A DNA stretch of 64,000 nt, taken from positions 310,001-374,000 of the forward strand of contig OY253668.1 in assembly GCA_958009085.1 (NCBI GenBank), written 5' to 3'. This document shows positions 25,878 through 38,700 of the stretch, piece after piece. The notes under the pieces were generated by a model that worked only from the letters and a program-made list of their open reading frames with translations, was not told the origin of the DNA and made no database searches. Position numbers and translations under genes: made by a program. Source of the DNA: Protoeuglena noctilucae. Its lineage: Eukaryota. Numbering within the stretch: position 1 is the stretch's first letter; each line of letters opens with the position of its first letter.

Positions 25878-28800
25878 CCCCGGCCTGCTTGCCCGGCTGC
25901 TGCATGCTCGGCGTGGGCGACCCGCCCCTCCCGACGTGCGCCCCCATCGCCGCAGCCGCGCCCAGCACCGAGGCCGTGGCCAGCGCTGCGGGGCCCCCCA
26001 GGGTGCCGGGGACGATGCCTGGTGGAACGGAGGGGGGTAACTGCGAGGCAAAAAAGAGAACCGGGCTTGTCTCGTCTCTGGATCGAAGACATGGCGTGTG
26101 GCGGAGCCTGCGGGCAGCGGGGCATGCATGCACACGACACACCTGCTGGCTTGTGGAGGGACCTGGAGGAAGGAAAGGCACTGCGGGTGCGCCGTTCGCT
26201 AAGGGAACGGGCGGGTACCCCTGGGCGGCCATAACGGCAGGGACGGTGGGCACGAAGGGCGTGGCGTTGGGGTTGACGCCCGGCTCTAAGCCCAGCGCCC
26301 CCGTGCGCATGGGCATGGTCGCAGGCACCCCCGGCGGCACCATCCCCGGCGGCGGGGCGCTCGTGTCCACCCGTGCGCCCGCGATGGCCACTGACGACGG
26401 AGCCGACCCCGGCCCCGCCAGCGCCACCCCCCCAGCGTCCTTCGCGCCAGGGACCTGCAAGTCGCATTGCGACGATGCGTCCGCGACGGGTGGGCGCTGC
26501 GATAAACGCGCCACGTCCGCCCTGCGGACAGAGACAAGGTGCGCCACGTGGGCAACCAAGCCACGTCAGCGCACTCCCTCCCGTCATCTGTCTCAAGCGA
26601 GCCTGCCACGCCGAGTCGCAGAGCAGGGCCCGGGAGAGCGGCAGCCGAGCGCCGAGCGGCCTGCGGCGAGCGCCGGGCAGCGCAGCGCCCCACCTGAGCT
26701 GTGCCACCTCCTTGTCCCGCTCCCCCACGCGTGCTTCCAACGCAGCCACGGCCTTGGCCAGGTCCTCGGCGCGCTGGCCGTGCCCCGCGGCGGCCTGCTG
26801 CGCGGCCGACAGCTGCGCCCGGAGCTCCACCGCCGCCGCCTCGGCCCGCGTCGCCTCTGCCGCCCGGTCCTCCGCCCCCCGCCGCTGCTCCTCCCGCGCC
26901 CGGACCTCCTGCTCCCGCGCGCGCGCCTCCTCCTCCCGCGCCCGCGCCTCTGCCGCCCTCCGCTCCGCCTCCGCCACCTCCCGGGCCTCGGCCTCGGCCC
27001 GCGCCCTCGTCTCGGCCTCCTGCTTCCGCCGGGCCTCCTCCTCCTCTCTCCGGCGGCGCTCCTCCTCCTTCTGCGACTCGGGACGAAATTCAGATCCAAT
27101 AAGTTGCCGAGGAACGACGAGACTGCCACAGCTGCATGCTGCCGCACCCCCGCCGTTGCACCCCGCTAACGCTTCCGCTTCCAGCCCGCACCCGCCTGCC
27201 ACCCGCCATTCGCCCCTCACCTTCCGCCGCTCCTCTGCCTTCTTCGCCGCCTCCTCCTCCTCCCTCCTCCTCCTCTCCTCCTCCTCGGCCCGGCGCTTGT
27301 CTTCCACCTCGCGCTTGCGCCGCTCCTCTTCCTCCCGCTTCGCCCGCTCCTCCTCCTCCCGCCGCAGCCTCTCCTCGTCCTCCCGCCGCTTCTCCTCCTC
27401 CTTCAGCTTCTTCTTCCGCTCCTTCTTTGCCTTGCGCTTCTCGGCCTGGGCAGCGCTCTTGGCTGCCTGCTTCTCCTCGCTCTCAGCCCTACGGGCCTCC
27501 TCCTCCCGGAGCAGGTCCTCCTGGAGACGCAGCGCCTCGGCCTCCCGGTACGCCACCTCCATGTTGTTCGTCCACACGTGCGCCAGCACAAACACCTCCA
27601 CCGCCTGACGGCCCAGCTCCACCAGCCGCGACTCGTCCTGGTCCACTGCGGGCCAGAATTGCGAGGAGGGTCGGCGTGCGAAGCAACGAAACCCATCTCC
27701 CGCGGCTACCATCGGTCGCCACCCGCTGCGCCGCCCCCACTCCTGGCGCGCCCAGCTAACCGCGCAGCGCTGTTGACCAGCCCCTCTCTCGCGCCCTGCG
27801 CTCACCCGTGTCCTTGGACGACCTCCCGCCGTACTCGTCCCCCTGCTCGTCGTCGCGGTAGGGCGGCAGCTGCTCCGTGAGCACGGTCGCCACGGCGTCG
27901 AGCGTGTCGTCGAACCCCACCCGGAAGCACCCCGCCGCCGCGTCGATCACGACGATGGGGCACCCGTCCCCGGGGTCCCCCGCCGACGCCAGGTGCAGGG
28001 ACGATGCGTCCTCCACGGCCTGGCACCCCGCGTGCAGCGCGTCCATGACCAGCGTGGACGTGACCTCCTTCTCGCTGAAGAACTTCTTGACCAGGCCCTG
28101 CGCGGCGAGGACCGAGAGGGGCGGTGGAAGCGACGGGTGGGCCACGGGTCAACAGCGGGCGCCGGCGATGGCGCGCACGAGCAAGCGTGGGACCATGCGC
28201 CCGCCAGCACGGAGGCACACACCTTGAACACGACATCGATCTTCTCGCAGGCCAGCGTCTCCCGCCGCTGCGGGTTGAGCGAGTCCCAGAAGGCGCGGAT
28301 GCTGTCGGCGTGCGAGCGGACCATGGAGAGCTGCTCCCGGGCCTCGTCGAGGAAGCGGCGGCAGATGCCCTCCACGTTGGTCAGGTAGACGCGCACGAGC
28401 TCCCGGCGGTACTGGGGGTCCAGGCAGCGGAAGGGCCGCGCGGGGCGGTCCCGGATGACCTGGACCTGGGCGCGGATGACGAGCGTGTCGGCCACCGTGA
28501 AGCCGTCCAGCACCTTGCTCAACTCCATGAACTTCTTCCAGCCCCAGTCGTGCTCCTTCTTGCAGAAGCGGTGCAGCGTGTCCGAGTACTTGCTCTTCTT
28601 CGGGTCCTTGTTGACCACCGCGATGGTGAACTGGGCGAAGTGGCTCCACCCGGGCAGGAGCTTGTCGTAGTCGGCAACGCAGAGGAACAGGGACAGGTGG
28701 TTGGCCACGTCGCATCCTTGGGGGTACACCAGAATGTACCACTTGTACTTGCCGACCTCGAACACATCGGACCTGGGGGCGCAGGCGCGGGGTGCGCTCG

Positions 28801-29911
28801 CGGGCAGGGGCCGCGGCGCCGCGCTGGGATCCCGGCAGGGGCCCGCAGTCGGCGCGGGGACGCAGGAGGGCCCACCCATGGCGCCGCACCTCAGCTCGCG
28901 CTTGCTGATGTCGCTGAAGTTCTCGATCTTCCACGTGAATTTGCCGTACAGCTCGCTGGGCTCGGGCCCTGCGTCGGCCGAGGGATCCGGGGGACTGTCG
29001 AGGCCCCCGTCGCACAGCCATGCCCGTAAAGAGATCGCAGGCGCGGCACCAGCGGCGCGCCGGGGTCGCCAGGCGCGTCAGGAGGCGCGAGAGGGGCGGG
29101 GCCCCACCGCCCGCGCGCGGGGGGTGCTCGAGCCCGACTCCCCCCGACCGAGCGGGTGACTCGACATCGAAACAGCGCGCGGGACGATGCGGCCAGGGGT
29201 GCGGCGGCCCCGTGCGCCTCCCCGGCCGGACTGCCCCCTTCGAGGGGAAAGAGCACGCTCGCGCGGGCACTGCGCTCGACATCCCCTGGCGAGCGGGATC
29301 CGTTAACGCCACGGAATCGGCCGACGACGCGGCGCGGCCGTGGAGAGGGTCCCCGGCGCGGGGAGGCCCACAGCAGCTGCCCCTCGCCACACCCCCGGAC
29401 CCGGAAAGGGGGGGGCCCTGCCGGGGCCAAACGCGCGACAGGGGGCACCAGGTCCGAAAAAGAACCCGACCCTCCTCAGCGACCCAGGCGCGACGGGGCC
29501 CGAGCAGGTCGGTGGGCCCCGCACCGCACCGACGGCGAGGGGGGGCAGCGTCGGGGCGCAGGGCGCATCGCATTCGATGATACCGTCGGCCAGGTAAGCT
29601 CCCTGCGCGCCGGCCAGGGCGCCGGATGCCAGGGGCCGAGGGAGGGGGCCCGATGGCGCCCGCCCAAGGCCCGTGGGCGCCCGGGATGGCCCATTGCGGC
29701 GCGCACCTTCGTCGTCGTCGTAAAGGACGCTCTCAGAGGAGCACTGGACGTCCATCGGCGACTTCCTGGTGCGCCAGTCTGAGGCCTCTGGGACGTCTGG
29801 GGTGATGGTGAGCACGCCGTCCGGCACCGGCGTCTCGCGCGTGGACTTGTTCCCGTTCGCCCCGCCGACGGAGAGCGCCTCGTGAAGGCGGGCCGCGTTG
29901 TCGCCCTTCAT
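25878..29911 (-). CDS. MATH/TRAF-domain coiled-coil protein (plant TRAF1/MUSE13-14-like); 3' end lost in the gap
   Basis: First exon MKGDNAAR..YDDDE|GPEPSELYGKFTWKIENFSDISKRELR|SDVFEVGKYKWYILVYPQGCDVANHLSLFLCV..HRFCKKEHDWGWKKF..RELVRVYLTNVE, KEVTSTLVMD, then an E/R/K coiled coil. Confidence 0.92.
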
Positions 29912-30454
29912 GGCCCCCTCCCTGCCCCGCCCGCGCCGCGGCGACCCCTCCCTATCGCGAGGGTACGCTGCGAAAGCTGCCGGGGCCGCAGACCCGCCCT
30001 TCCGGCGCGGTTCTCGGTCGCGCGATCCAAAAGGCCCCTCCCCGGCCGAGGGATCGGACACCCTTCCCCCGAACGCAGCGTAGGTTGGCGATTCTGGGGG
30101 CGGGCGGGGCCGGGGGAGCGCTCGGGACCCGCGCCAGGCCTCTGACAGGAGGGCACTACCCTGGATCGCTCGTTCCCGCCCGGCCGAGGCCCGGGACGCC
30201 TCCCTGCGTGTCGCACACCGTTTGCGCTTCGACTCTGTGGGAGCGGGCACGTCGAGCGGGGAGTTTCCGCGCGCGTCGAGGGCGGCAAGGTGGGGGACCG
30301 GGGAGCGCCGCCGGGGAAGCAGCGCACTGCACGATCGACATGCCGCACGGGATCCCGGCCGTCTTTCCGCGCGTCGGCTGCGCGCCTGCGCCATCGGCGT
30401 GCGGCCAGCCATGAGGCCCGGGCCCGGACCCCGCCCCGCGCACCCGACGCGCGG

Positions 30455-32322
30455 ATGGCCGCACAAGCGGCTCCCGCTGCTCGTGTCGTAGCGTTTATGG
30501 CCAATGTCGCTGCCTGCTCCCTGCCAGGCGCCCTGTGGGAGCGGCACCGACCTGGCTCCCTCCCGCCCACAGACCCCTGGAGCAAAAGGCCGCGCCGATC
30601 GCGGGCTGATCGCCCGTACGCCGCGCCGTCGGCGAGTCCCGCCATTCCCGGATCGAGCGCGCCGATGAGCCCCGGGCCGGCTGGCGTCGCCGGGGCCCCC
30701 CCCACGTTCCCCGCGTTCAAGCTGGCGGTCCTGCCCCCGAGCCATCAGTCCCCCGCGCAGCGCGCGCAGCCCGCCGGGACCTGCCGTCCCTACAGCTCGG
30801 TCGCGGTGCGGGGCGGGAGGAACGCCACCTGCCGCGCCACGGTCGCACCGCCCTCCATGACGCTCTACGCGCCCGGGGGGGTCGCGAAGGAGGGGCAGTC
30901 CAAGACGGTGCCGCGCGAGAGGATCCCGGCGTTGGTGAGCTCTCGACGGCGCTCGCTCCCCGCCGCGCCGGCGGCCCCGCGGCGTGGGATCTGCACTGCC
31001 CCCTCCTCGCCATGCAGCAACCAGGGGACCTGCAAGCCCTGCACGGCCAGAAGCACACATGCTATGTGGAGCAGTTCCGAATCCGGGGCGGGGAGGTGGG
31101 CCCGGACCAGGTGGCGAGCGCCTCGACGATCGTGGGGCTCTTGCAGGAGACGGGCGGGAACCACTCCGTGATGCTGGTGCGTCCTCGCGGGGGGGGGGGG
31201 GGGGGGGTTCAATGTTGACAGCGCCTGAGAACGCGCGTTCGCTGCTTCATCGCGCGTCAAACCCCATCGCGCCCCTTGCCGTCTCGCGCAGTGGGGCCGT
31301 GGCGAGCAGGGCTTCGCGACGGCGCGGGAGATGGGCAGCCTCATCCTGGTCATGACCAAGCTGTCCCTGCGGTGCGACACGAGTCTCCTCAGCCCTGCCG
31401 CGCCGCCGCGCCGAGGCTGCGCGGCGACGAACCCCGCCCCGCCCCCCGCGCAGGATGCGCCGCTACCCCCGGTGGGGTGACTGCGTCGAGGTGATGACGT
31501 ACTGGAAAGTCAAGGGCAAGGTGGGCGCTGTCCGCGAGTGGACGATCGTGGACGCGCACACCAAGGAGGTCCTGGGGACGGGGACGTCGTCGTGGGTGAT
31601 GGTCAACACCGAGACGCGGAGGATCGCACGTATCCCGCAGGTGAGCCGCGACCGGAGGCACACGAGGGCAGGGGTCGTGCGGACTGGCCCTGGCCGCGCC
31701 CCGCGCCCTCTCATTGAGTAAGTCCTCGCCCACGCAGGTCATGCTGGACCAGTTCTTGCCCTACTCTCCGGATGAATACTTGGCCATGCCGCTGCGGCCA
31801 GACGACCTCGGGGACATCCCGGCGTTGATGGAGGTGAGACGCGCTGCTGCTCGAGGCAGGTGCGCTCGCCGCGGGCCCTACACTCTCGGGCACGCTGCCG
31901 ACGCACGAGTGCCTGCGGCCCTGCAGGACGACCGCTGCCGGGCCACCAAGCACACGGTGCGCGTGACAGACACGGACATGAATGCGCACATCAACAACGT
32001 CATCTACGTTTCCTGGGTCGTCAGCACGACCCCGCCTGCCGCCATGAACGGGCGGCGGCTGCAGCAGCTGGACATCGAGGTGAGCCGGGGACTGCAGCCA
32101 ACAGCACACGGCGCCCGGTGGCTCGACTGCTCAGTGGCACTGCGCGTTGCCTTCACGCAGTACAAGCGGGAGTGTCGCATGGGCGAGGGCGAGGTGCTGT
32201 GCCTGTGCCGGCCCGCGGACGACGGCACGGGTTCGTACATCTATTCGCTCCAAGAGACGGCGAGCAACCGGGGCCCGGCGTCCGAGTTTGCGCGGGCAAG
32301 GTGCGTCTTTGCGGACAACTAG
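30455..32322 (+). CDS. Plastid acyl-ACP thioesterase (Fat-type)
   Basis: EQFRIRGGEVGPD..LLQETGGNH, GFAT, YPRWGDCVEV, SSWVMVNTETRR, catalytic DMNAHINN and YKREC. Start codon is uncertain. Confidence 0.92.
31189..31207 (+). repeat. Intronic G19 homopolymer
   Basis: 19 consecutive G. Confidence 0.9.
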
Positions 32323-32376
32323 TCCAGCCACGGGGCTGGAGCATCCAAGCACTTCACTAGGGGGCTGGTCTGGGAG

Positions 32377-33083
32377 TCATTGCAGCAGATCACGCTTTTC
32401 CCATAGCAAGCCCCTTTCGACGGCGCACCCGGACAGGTGCTCGTAGCGCTGAATGGCCTCCTGGAACATGACGTCGCTTGGGGCCAGCAGAGAGATGAGG
32501 CTCTGCAGCTTGTCCACGTTGGTGATTCTCTGGATCCGCCTCCTGCGGCGGGCAGGGGCACGGAGGTGGAGAGCAGGTCTCCATCCCAACTGCATGGGAC
32601 ACTCGCGATGGAGAGCGCTGCGCACCTCATTGCCGTCTCGCTCATGTACGAAAGCCGGTGGGCGTTATGACCGTCGTGGCGGGAGACGGGGTCCGCGACG
32701 TGCACGTGCGACATCCGATGGGTCTTGGTGTCGCGACGGGACGCGGGTTCCACGCTCTCCTGCCCGGCGTGGCACTCCGCACGCCCTTCTCCATGATCCC
32801 TCAAACGCTGCGACCTCCGAGGAGGCAGCTGGTTCTCCGTCCGCCTCTTCCTTCGTTTGGCAATCTTCACGGGCCCATGTCTGCGCAAGGTGGTCGAAAA
32901 TGCTGTTCAAATTTTTGTCAGCAGGCGCCCGCAGTCTCACAGTTAGTTTAGTTCCGCGAGCTTCACCTACCTTGCAACCTCTGCCACAATCTCCTCGATG
33001 CCCAGCTCCCTCAGCCGTCTCCTGTTCTCCTCTATCCGCTTGGCCCGCTCGATTTCAGCACGAGAGGGCCCCACGTTGCTCAT
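32377..33083 (-). CDS. Small basic, probably nuclear protein with an ExxRxxxIxxNxxxLxxLG helix and RRSxRL motif
   Basis: Three exons: MSNVGPSRAEIERAKRIEENRRRLRELGIEE..|HGPVKIAKRRKRR..PRRSQRLR..HRLSYMSETAMR|RRIQRITNVDKLQSLISLL..*. The first exon is not in the ORF track. Confidence 0.65.
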
Positions 33084-33425
33084 GACGCCTAGTGGTGGCG
33101 CGTGAGGGCACAAAAAGGCTCTTCACTTTCGCAGCGCACAGAGACGGTGCTTACTGCGCCCAGCTGTGTAAGGCGCGGCGCAGAAACCGTGCGGCACAGA
33201 GCTAGGGCATACACAGGCGTTTTTCCTGGGAAGCATCGGTCCATGAAGCATCAGTGCTGATAACTTACGATTGGTGGAGCCTCTGAAGCAAGCCAGCGGC
33301 GACTTGGGCAAGCATCCGCCACACACGTTCGCACTGGGTCGCAGCGGTCTGGAGCGCCGAAAGATCCCCTTGGTTGTCCTCCGACGCTCATAAACGTTAT
33401 CTCTCGTCAGGACGCGACCTGCGGA

Positions 33426-34458
33426 ATGCCACCGCGTGGCGTGGTGGCGGAGCTTGCCGCCGCGCACGGGTGGGCATCGGTCGAGCTGGTCGAAGCGGTC
33501 TTGGCCGGCTGCGACGGGCACTTCAAGCGCGCCGATGCCGCTCTGCGCGAAATGTGCGGGGCTGACGCCGAGATGGCCTCGCTCGACACCAGCATTGGCG
33601 AGGAAGCGGGGGCAGGGGCGGCGCCGTGCCCCGAGGCGGAGGCAAGGGCCCCGGACTCCTGCGACGCCCGCGTGAGCCAAGTTCGCGCGGCGAGACAGAT
33701 GCGGGCGGCGCAGCGGAGGTGAGGGGCGAAGTGAAGGGGGTGAAAAGAACCATGTGCTGCTGCTGTGGCGCAAGTCGACGACTGCCACGACACGTTTGCA
33801 GGGCCCAGAGGTTCTTCCGAGAGGGTGCGCACGCGGACGCGCGTGGTGCGGCGTTGGAAGCCATGGAGTGGGCGCGGGAGGTGGAGGCGCACGGTCGTGC
33901 GGCGGCCGAGGCCATCCTCGTCGAAAAGAACCGTGACCACGGTTCGCTGTGGGTGATCGACCTGCACGGGCTGCACGCCCAGGAGGCCGTGGAGGCGCTG
34001 GCATCGCGGCTGGCACTGCTGGAGGAGGGATGTGCGGCTGCCGTATCGGCGGGGGGGCTGTCGAGTGGCATGGCGGACCCGGCGTTCAGGCGGGTGGCAG
34101 AGCGCACTGAGCGCTGGCATCGCCGTCAGCAGCACCGCCCAAAAACACTACTCCCCTCCCTTGGCACGCAGGAGGCGCGCATTGACGGTCATCGTGGGGA
34201 AGGGGCACCACAGCAGCGATGGGGAGGCCGTCCTTCCTAGGGCAGTCCAGAACTGGCTGGCGGGCCATGAGTACCGGTGAGCGAACTGCTTGGCGGTGTT
34301 CGTGGGTGGATTGGCCTGGCGGCGCTGGTGCAGTCGTGTTTTCTTCAGAGTCTGATGTAGCCGCGTCGCGCAGGTTCACTGACCTCCATGGTCAAATCGA
34401 GGTGCTGCTGCGGCAGCTAGGGAAGGGCGGAGCCGAGGTGCGAAAGGGGCCTCAGTAA
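33426..34458 (+). CDS. CUE-like + DUF1771 + Smr domain protein
   Basis: VIDLHGLHAQEAVEAL, LTVIVGKGHHS, LPRAVQNWL, and an N-terminal CUE-like helix bundle. Confidence 0.85.
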
Positions 34459-34540
34459 GGGGCCTTAGTGACGAAAGACCGGTCGAAAAATGCTCGCGGG
34501 AGCTGGCGTAAGGGGCTGGGCTTGGATGGAGCCAACAGCG

Positions 34541-35347
34541 TCACCCGCCCGACCTGCGGGGGATCGACGCGAGGCATCTCGCACAGAGTAGCTGGCAAAG
34601 GCTCGGCCCGTGACCCCTTGCACACGGCCAGCCACACACCTGACCGCTTGTCGCAGCGCCAGGAGCTGGCCGACTTCATTTTTGAGTCGCACAAAGGCCT
34701 GCTGCGCCTGCACCGCCACCTCCCTCAGCGCGGCCGAGTTTTGCATCTGGCACAGCTGGCGCATGTACGCGCACGCCTCCGATATTTGCCGGGCCCCCGT
34801 GGATGCGCTGCTGCCCTTCAGCTGGTGCACCAGCGAGTCGAGTTGTTGCCAGGGGATGGGGTCCTGGGCCTGCGGGTCGTGGAGGCGACCGGTTCGCTGC
34901 AAAAACGGCCTTTGTCCCCCGCGGCCGGCACGCTCGTCCCCATCGCCAGCCCAGCGGCCTCACCAGGAGCTGCCCCAGCGCCACGAGCTTCTGCTCGCCA
35001 TCGTGGAAGAACATCTCGCAAACCTCTTGGAGGAAGTCCGGGTTGGCCTCGTCCTCTAGTTCCTGCGCCCGAGACGGTCCCTGGAAGATCGGCGGGGGCT
35101 GCCGCGGCGGACCCGACGGCGCGGCGGCGCTGGGATTTGCGATCTGTGGTACGGTGGCCGTGGAAGTCGAGCCCGGCCCGCCGCCGGAATCCACGCTCGC
35201 GCAGCTGTGCACGCACTCCACGAGCAACGATATGAGGCCCCCGGAGCCCGATATCGTCACCTGGAGCTGCAGGAACTGTTCGTCCACGATTCCGTCCGCG
35301 AGCAGCTTGCCCTGCAGCTGCTGCACCTGGGCGGCTAGCCCAGACAT
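34541..35347 (-). CDS. Histidine-containing phosphotransfer (HPt/AHP) protein
   Basis: GIVDEQFLQLQ|ELEDEANPDFLQEV..FFHD, and VHQLKGSSASTGA with the phosphoacceptor His. Confidence 0.93.
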
Positions 35348-35749
35348 CGGTGCGACCGCCCCCCGACCTCCCACACCACGCGTCAACCACTGGCTGAGGC
35401 GCCCCGTCTCTCTGATGGATGCCTGCTGAGCTCCCTCCAGAACCCGTGACTCCCTGCCGTTTCAGGAGCGTCCTACGCAGACTCAAGACCTTACGCATGG
35501 ATCGCTTGCGTGGGTGCTTCGCTCGTGAGCATGCCAGACAGGAAAATTCTAGCGCCAGACGCCGCGAGGCCCCCCACTGTTGACACTCGTTGCCCTCCGC
35601 AGCCGCCCTTCGGCAGTGTATCCGCTTGCACTGGTGACCGCCTTAGCAGCAGCGCTGCAGCAGCTGGCCAGCGTTGGTCAGGAGCGCGGGCCTCGAGGAA
35701 GGGATTTTAGGCTCCCGGCCGGTCGGCCAGTGCTCCCGCGCGCTTCGCT

Positions 35750-38700
35750 ATGCCGCGTGCGCAGGCCCAGGGCGGGCAGCAGCAGCAGCGGGGAGGGTGA
35801 GCCGCGACTCTTATGATCGTTGACGCCCGCGCAAGGCTCCTCGCAGCTGCCCGTCGTTTCCCCCGGCGATCCCGCTCGCGGGTGCGCGGATGGAGTATGC
35901 GATGGGAGATCTTCCTCCCAGGCCCGCCGCCGCCACTCCCCGCCGCCTGCCGTGTCCTCCGCAGGGGAGGGCTGATGGGGATGCTCACGCAAATTCTCCA
36001 AATGTACCTCATGTTCCAGGCCATTCGCTGGCTCATGGGCTCGAGCGCACCCAAGGCTGACGAGGCTGCCAAGAAAGTGGAGCCGATGATCACCGAGCGG
36101 AGCGCGCTGGTGGACATGACCGTCTACCTTGCCGAGAGCAGCGCGTACGAGCGGGGCGTCCAGATGCGGGACTGGAGCAACTTCACCGCCATCTGGCACG
36201 AGCGGGCCATCCCTCTCATCCCCGAGAAGCCGCTTTTCAAGGCACGGCGCGAGGCCCGCGCTCGTCCCTTGCGATGCCGGCGCACCTTGGCACGTCACCT
36301 CCCGTGCGCCGCTCCGATCCCCGCAGGACCTGATGATCGACGTGCCGTTCGAGGTCCGCCAGAACGGCACGTACGTGATGGTGGTCAAGTGGGAGGACCC
36401 CCTGGCGAGTGAGTGGGTCAGCGAGTGGGTGGACGTGCTGCCCCTCACGCTGCACCGGCGCGTCCGGAAGCAGAAGGAGACGGGGAACCTGCTGCGGATG
36501 ACGCGGGAGGACTCGGAGGCGATGGCCAAGCAGCACCGCGAGGTCGAGAAAGAGCCCATGGGTGAGGCGGGGGGCCGGCACGACGCCCGACACGCCACGC
36601 CGCGCACCTCGCGGCTCTATCCACCAGGCCCCCTGAATCCCCGTTGCCTTCGCCAGATGGGTTCCTTCGCCTGTCTCCGCAGTGGTGGTCAACTTCTGGA
36701 AGCCCAACGTCACCATCTCGATGGTTGACGAGTTCCGGCCGCTGGACCTTCAGTCCTCAGGCCACTACGAACAGCTGTTCCGGCACTGGGTCGAGCCGGC
36801 GGGGCGCCTGGTGGACACGGCCGGCCGGAAGAAGTACTTGCCTCTGGTGAGAGGGAAACCGTGACCATGGCGCGTGCGGTGCATTTCAAAGGTACAGGAG
36901 GGCTGCAGCTCAGCCCTCGCCTGTGCTAGCCAGACCATCGCAACAAGCATCCTCGCATCATGCTGCTTTTCCTGTCTCCTCGGGCGCCTGTTGACGCGTC
37001 ACTGCTCCTCGCACACCCACGGCGCCCCCGACGCTTCTCAGCCCGGCCGTCCCACTCTTCCATTCCCGCCCTGCGACTGTCCTTCACGCAGACGTACATG
37101 AACGACTTCTGGCTGCTGGAGAGCGATCAGATGGAGGTGAACGCCACAACGGCGCGTCTCCCCTTGCACCTGAAGTACGAGCGCATCAGCCCCATGGTCG
37201 TCTTCCTGCAAAAGAGCATGGAGCGGGGTTTCCAGGACCAGGTCAAGGCCGGCGTGGCCGTGGCGGTGAGTCGGCTCACGAAGCCGCGGGAGGGTGCTTG
37301 TTCAAATGACGCGGGAGCCATCGCAGCCGGAAGTGACGTGTGCCGCAAACACAAACACAGCGATTACATTGCGATATGGCCACCCATCCGCTCGCGTGCA
37401 CACAGGGCAACTTGGACGACGTCAAGCGCATCTTCACGGAGTCGAACCCCTACTACCTCGGCGTCACGATGGCCGTGTCGATCCTGCACACCGTGTTTGA
37501 CGTCCTGGCCTTCCGGTCGGACATCGGCTTCTGGTCTCAGAACAAGTCCATGGAGGGCCTCTCCGCACGCACGGTCGTCATCAACGCCTTCATGCAGGTG
37601 CGGCTTGCATGCATGAGTTGTGCTTTCTGCATAAGACGTGCTGCGTGCAGGAGACGGGCCTGTCTTCGCGCGCCGTGCAGCTCATTCGAAGCAGGGTTGC
37701 TTGGTTGCGAGCCCCTGTCCTGTGCGGTTGCAGCTGCACATCGTGGCACCCGCTGACACCGTAACACCCCCTGCCCCCGCACATGCAACACGAGCAAGGC
37801 ACCACCTCCCCCATCGCAGGTCATCATCTTCCTCTACCTCCTCGACAACGACACGTCCATGCTCGTCCTCTTCTCGAGCGGACTGGGCCTGCTGATTGAG
37901 GTGCGCAAACGCTGCCCTCTCATCCCAGACATGGCCTTTACATGGCAGCAAAGGCCTCAACTCGACAGCACATGACCAACAGGACCAGTACACCCATCCC
38001 TGCCCCTCTCCGCAGCTCTGGAAGGTCACCAAGGTGTTCCTGGTGTCGCTGGAGCGCAACCCCGGGGGCCTGATCCCCTTCAAGATCACCTTCAAGGACC
38101 GTGACACGTACGTTCACAGCAAGACCAAGCAGTACGACAAGGAAGCCATGAATAACCTATCGTGGGTCATGTTCCCCATCCTCGTCGGATACGCCGTGTA
38201 CGGTGCGTCTACGTTGTGTATACTATGCAGGGCAGGCACCTGGGCAGGGCACGTACCTGCCACCACCCCCGAGAGAGCACGCGCTGCCCATGTGCTCTCG
38301 CTATCACTCCGCTCCTATTACTTAACATGATCTCGCCATCACCCCTCTCCTCTTTCCCCTCCCCCCAGATCTCTTCACGGGCCAGTCCCACACGTCCTGG
38401 TACTCCTGGGCCCTCTCCACCCTGGTCAGCGCCGTCTACATGTTCGGCTTCATCCTCATGTGCCCCCAGCTGTACCTCAACTACAAGGTGACACAGACAT
38501 TGTTCATATTGTAATTGTATCATTGACTTTACTTCTAAGAGAACCTCACGGGCTTCCCACGCCACGCCATGGCGGGACCAGCCGGACGGTCATGCACCTC
38601 GCATGTACTGTGTCAGCAACATACGACACCCACCCGGCGCTCACTTCATCCTCACGCGCACCGTATTCAACCCCGCGCCCGCAGCTCAAGTCGGTGGCGC

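Noticed and set aside
24214..27805. Long ORFs reading through the N run
   Set aside because: They are artefacts of translating the assembly gap.
5233..34458. Rqc1 plus Smr nuclease as a ribosome quality control cluster
   Set aside because: They are about 26 kb apart with many unrelated genes between them.
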